Shown here in pieces: positions 63,774 through 64,000 of a DNA stretch of 64,000 nt; position 1 is the first letter of the stretch; each line of letters begins with the position of its first letter. Under the pieces are notes generated by a model. It searched no databases, was not told where the DNA came from, and was given only the letters and a program-made list of their open reading frames with translations. The stretch is from Tubiluchus corallicola (lineage: Eukaryota; Animalia; Priapulida), in assembly GCA_030141605.1 (NCBI GenBank), contig JAQGDQ010001057.1, positions 2,814-66,813 on the forward strand, given 5' to 3'. Position numbers and translations under genes: made by a program.

Positions 63774-64000
63774 CCATTTTGACGACCCAAGCCCAAAGGA
63801 CGAACCATTTTGACGACCCAAGCCCAAAGGACGAACTATTTTACGACAAAAGCCCAAAGGACGGACCATTTTGATGACTCAAGCCCAAAGGACGAACCAT
63901 TTTGACGACCCAAGCCCAAAGGACGGACCATTTTGATGACTCAAGCCCAAAGGACGAACCATTTTGACGACCCAAGCCCAAAGGCGAACCATTTTGACGA
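63774..64000. repeat. 31-bp minisatellite, at least 7 copies, running off the window
   Basis: ccattttgacgacccaagcccaaaggacgaa. Confidence 0.9.

Overview
AT-rich, repeat-dense animal genomic DNA, most likely a marine invertebrate (the 5S- and Meta/MESC-type SINEs suggest a lophotrochozoan, but this is not established). The + strand carries the last two coding exons of uracil-DNA glycosylase (UNG): 1531-1709 and 35143-35301. The second exon is absent from the ORF track. The 33.4-kb intron between them contains, antisense, two complete tandem 9-exon SLC22-family transporter CDSs (A 4029-17135, B 18684-32038, each 1638 nt / 545 aa by my exon assembly). The most unusual signal is four unrelated minisatellites built on real splice junctions of these three genes. 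In three of them the array multiplies the authentic acceptor or donor (6, 19 and 6 sites in total), and every decoy choice meets an in-frame stop. The fourth repeats the polypyrimidine tract up to the AG. Also present: a probable GC-AG intron with an alternative in-frame GT/AG pair, a hairpin minisatellite with consensus donors on both strands, a 5S-headed SINE with a bipartite RTE body (full and internally deleted copies, both with TSDs), hAT-, piggyBac- and Kolobok-like MITEs, a 305-bp inverted duplication, a TTAGGG-like tract, a candidate promoter with two GTCACGTGAC motifs, and many microsatellites that generate most of the long spurious ORFs. All coordinates were read by eye and no database searches were run.
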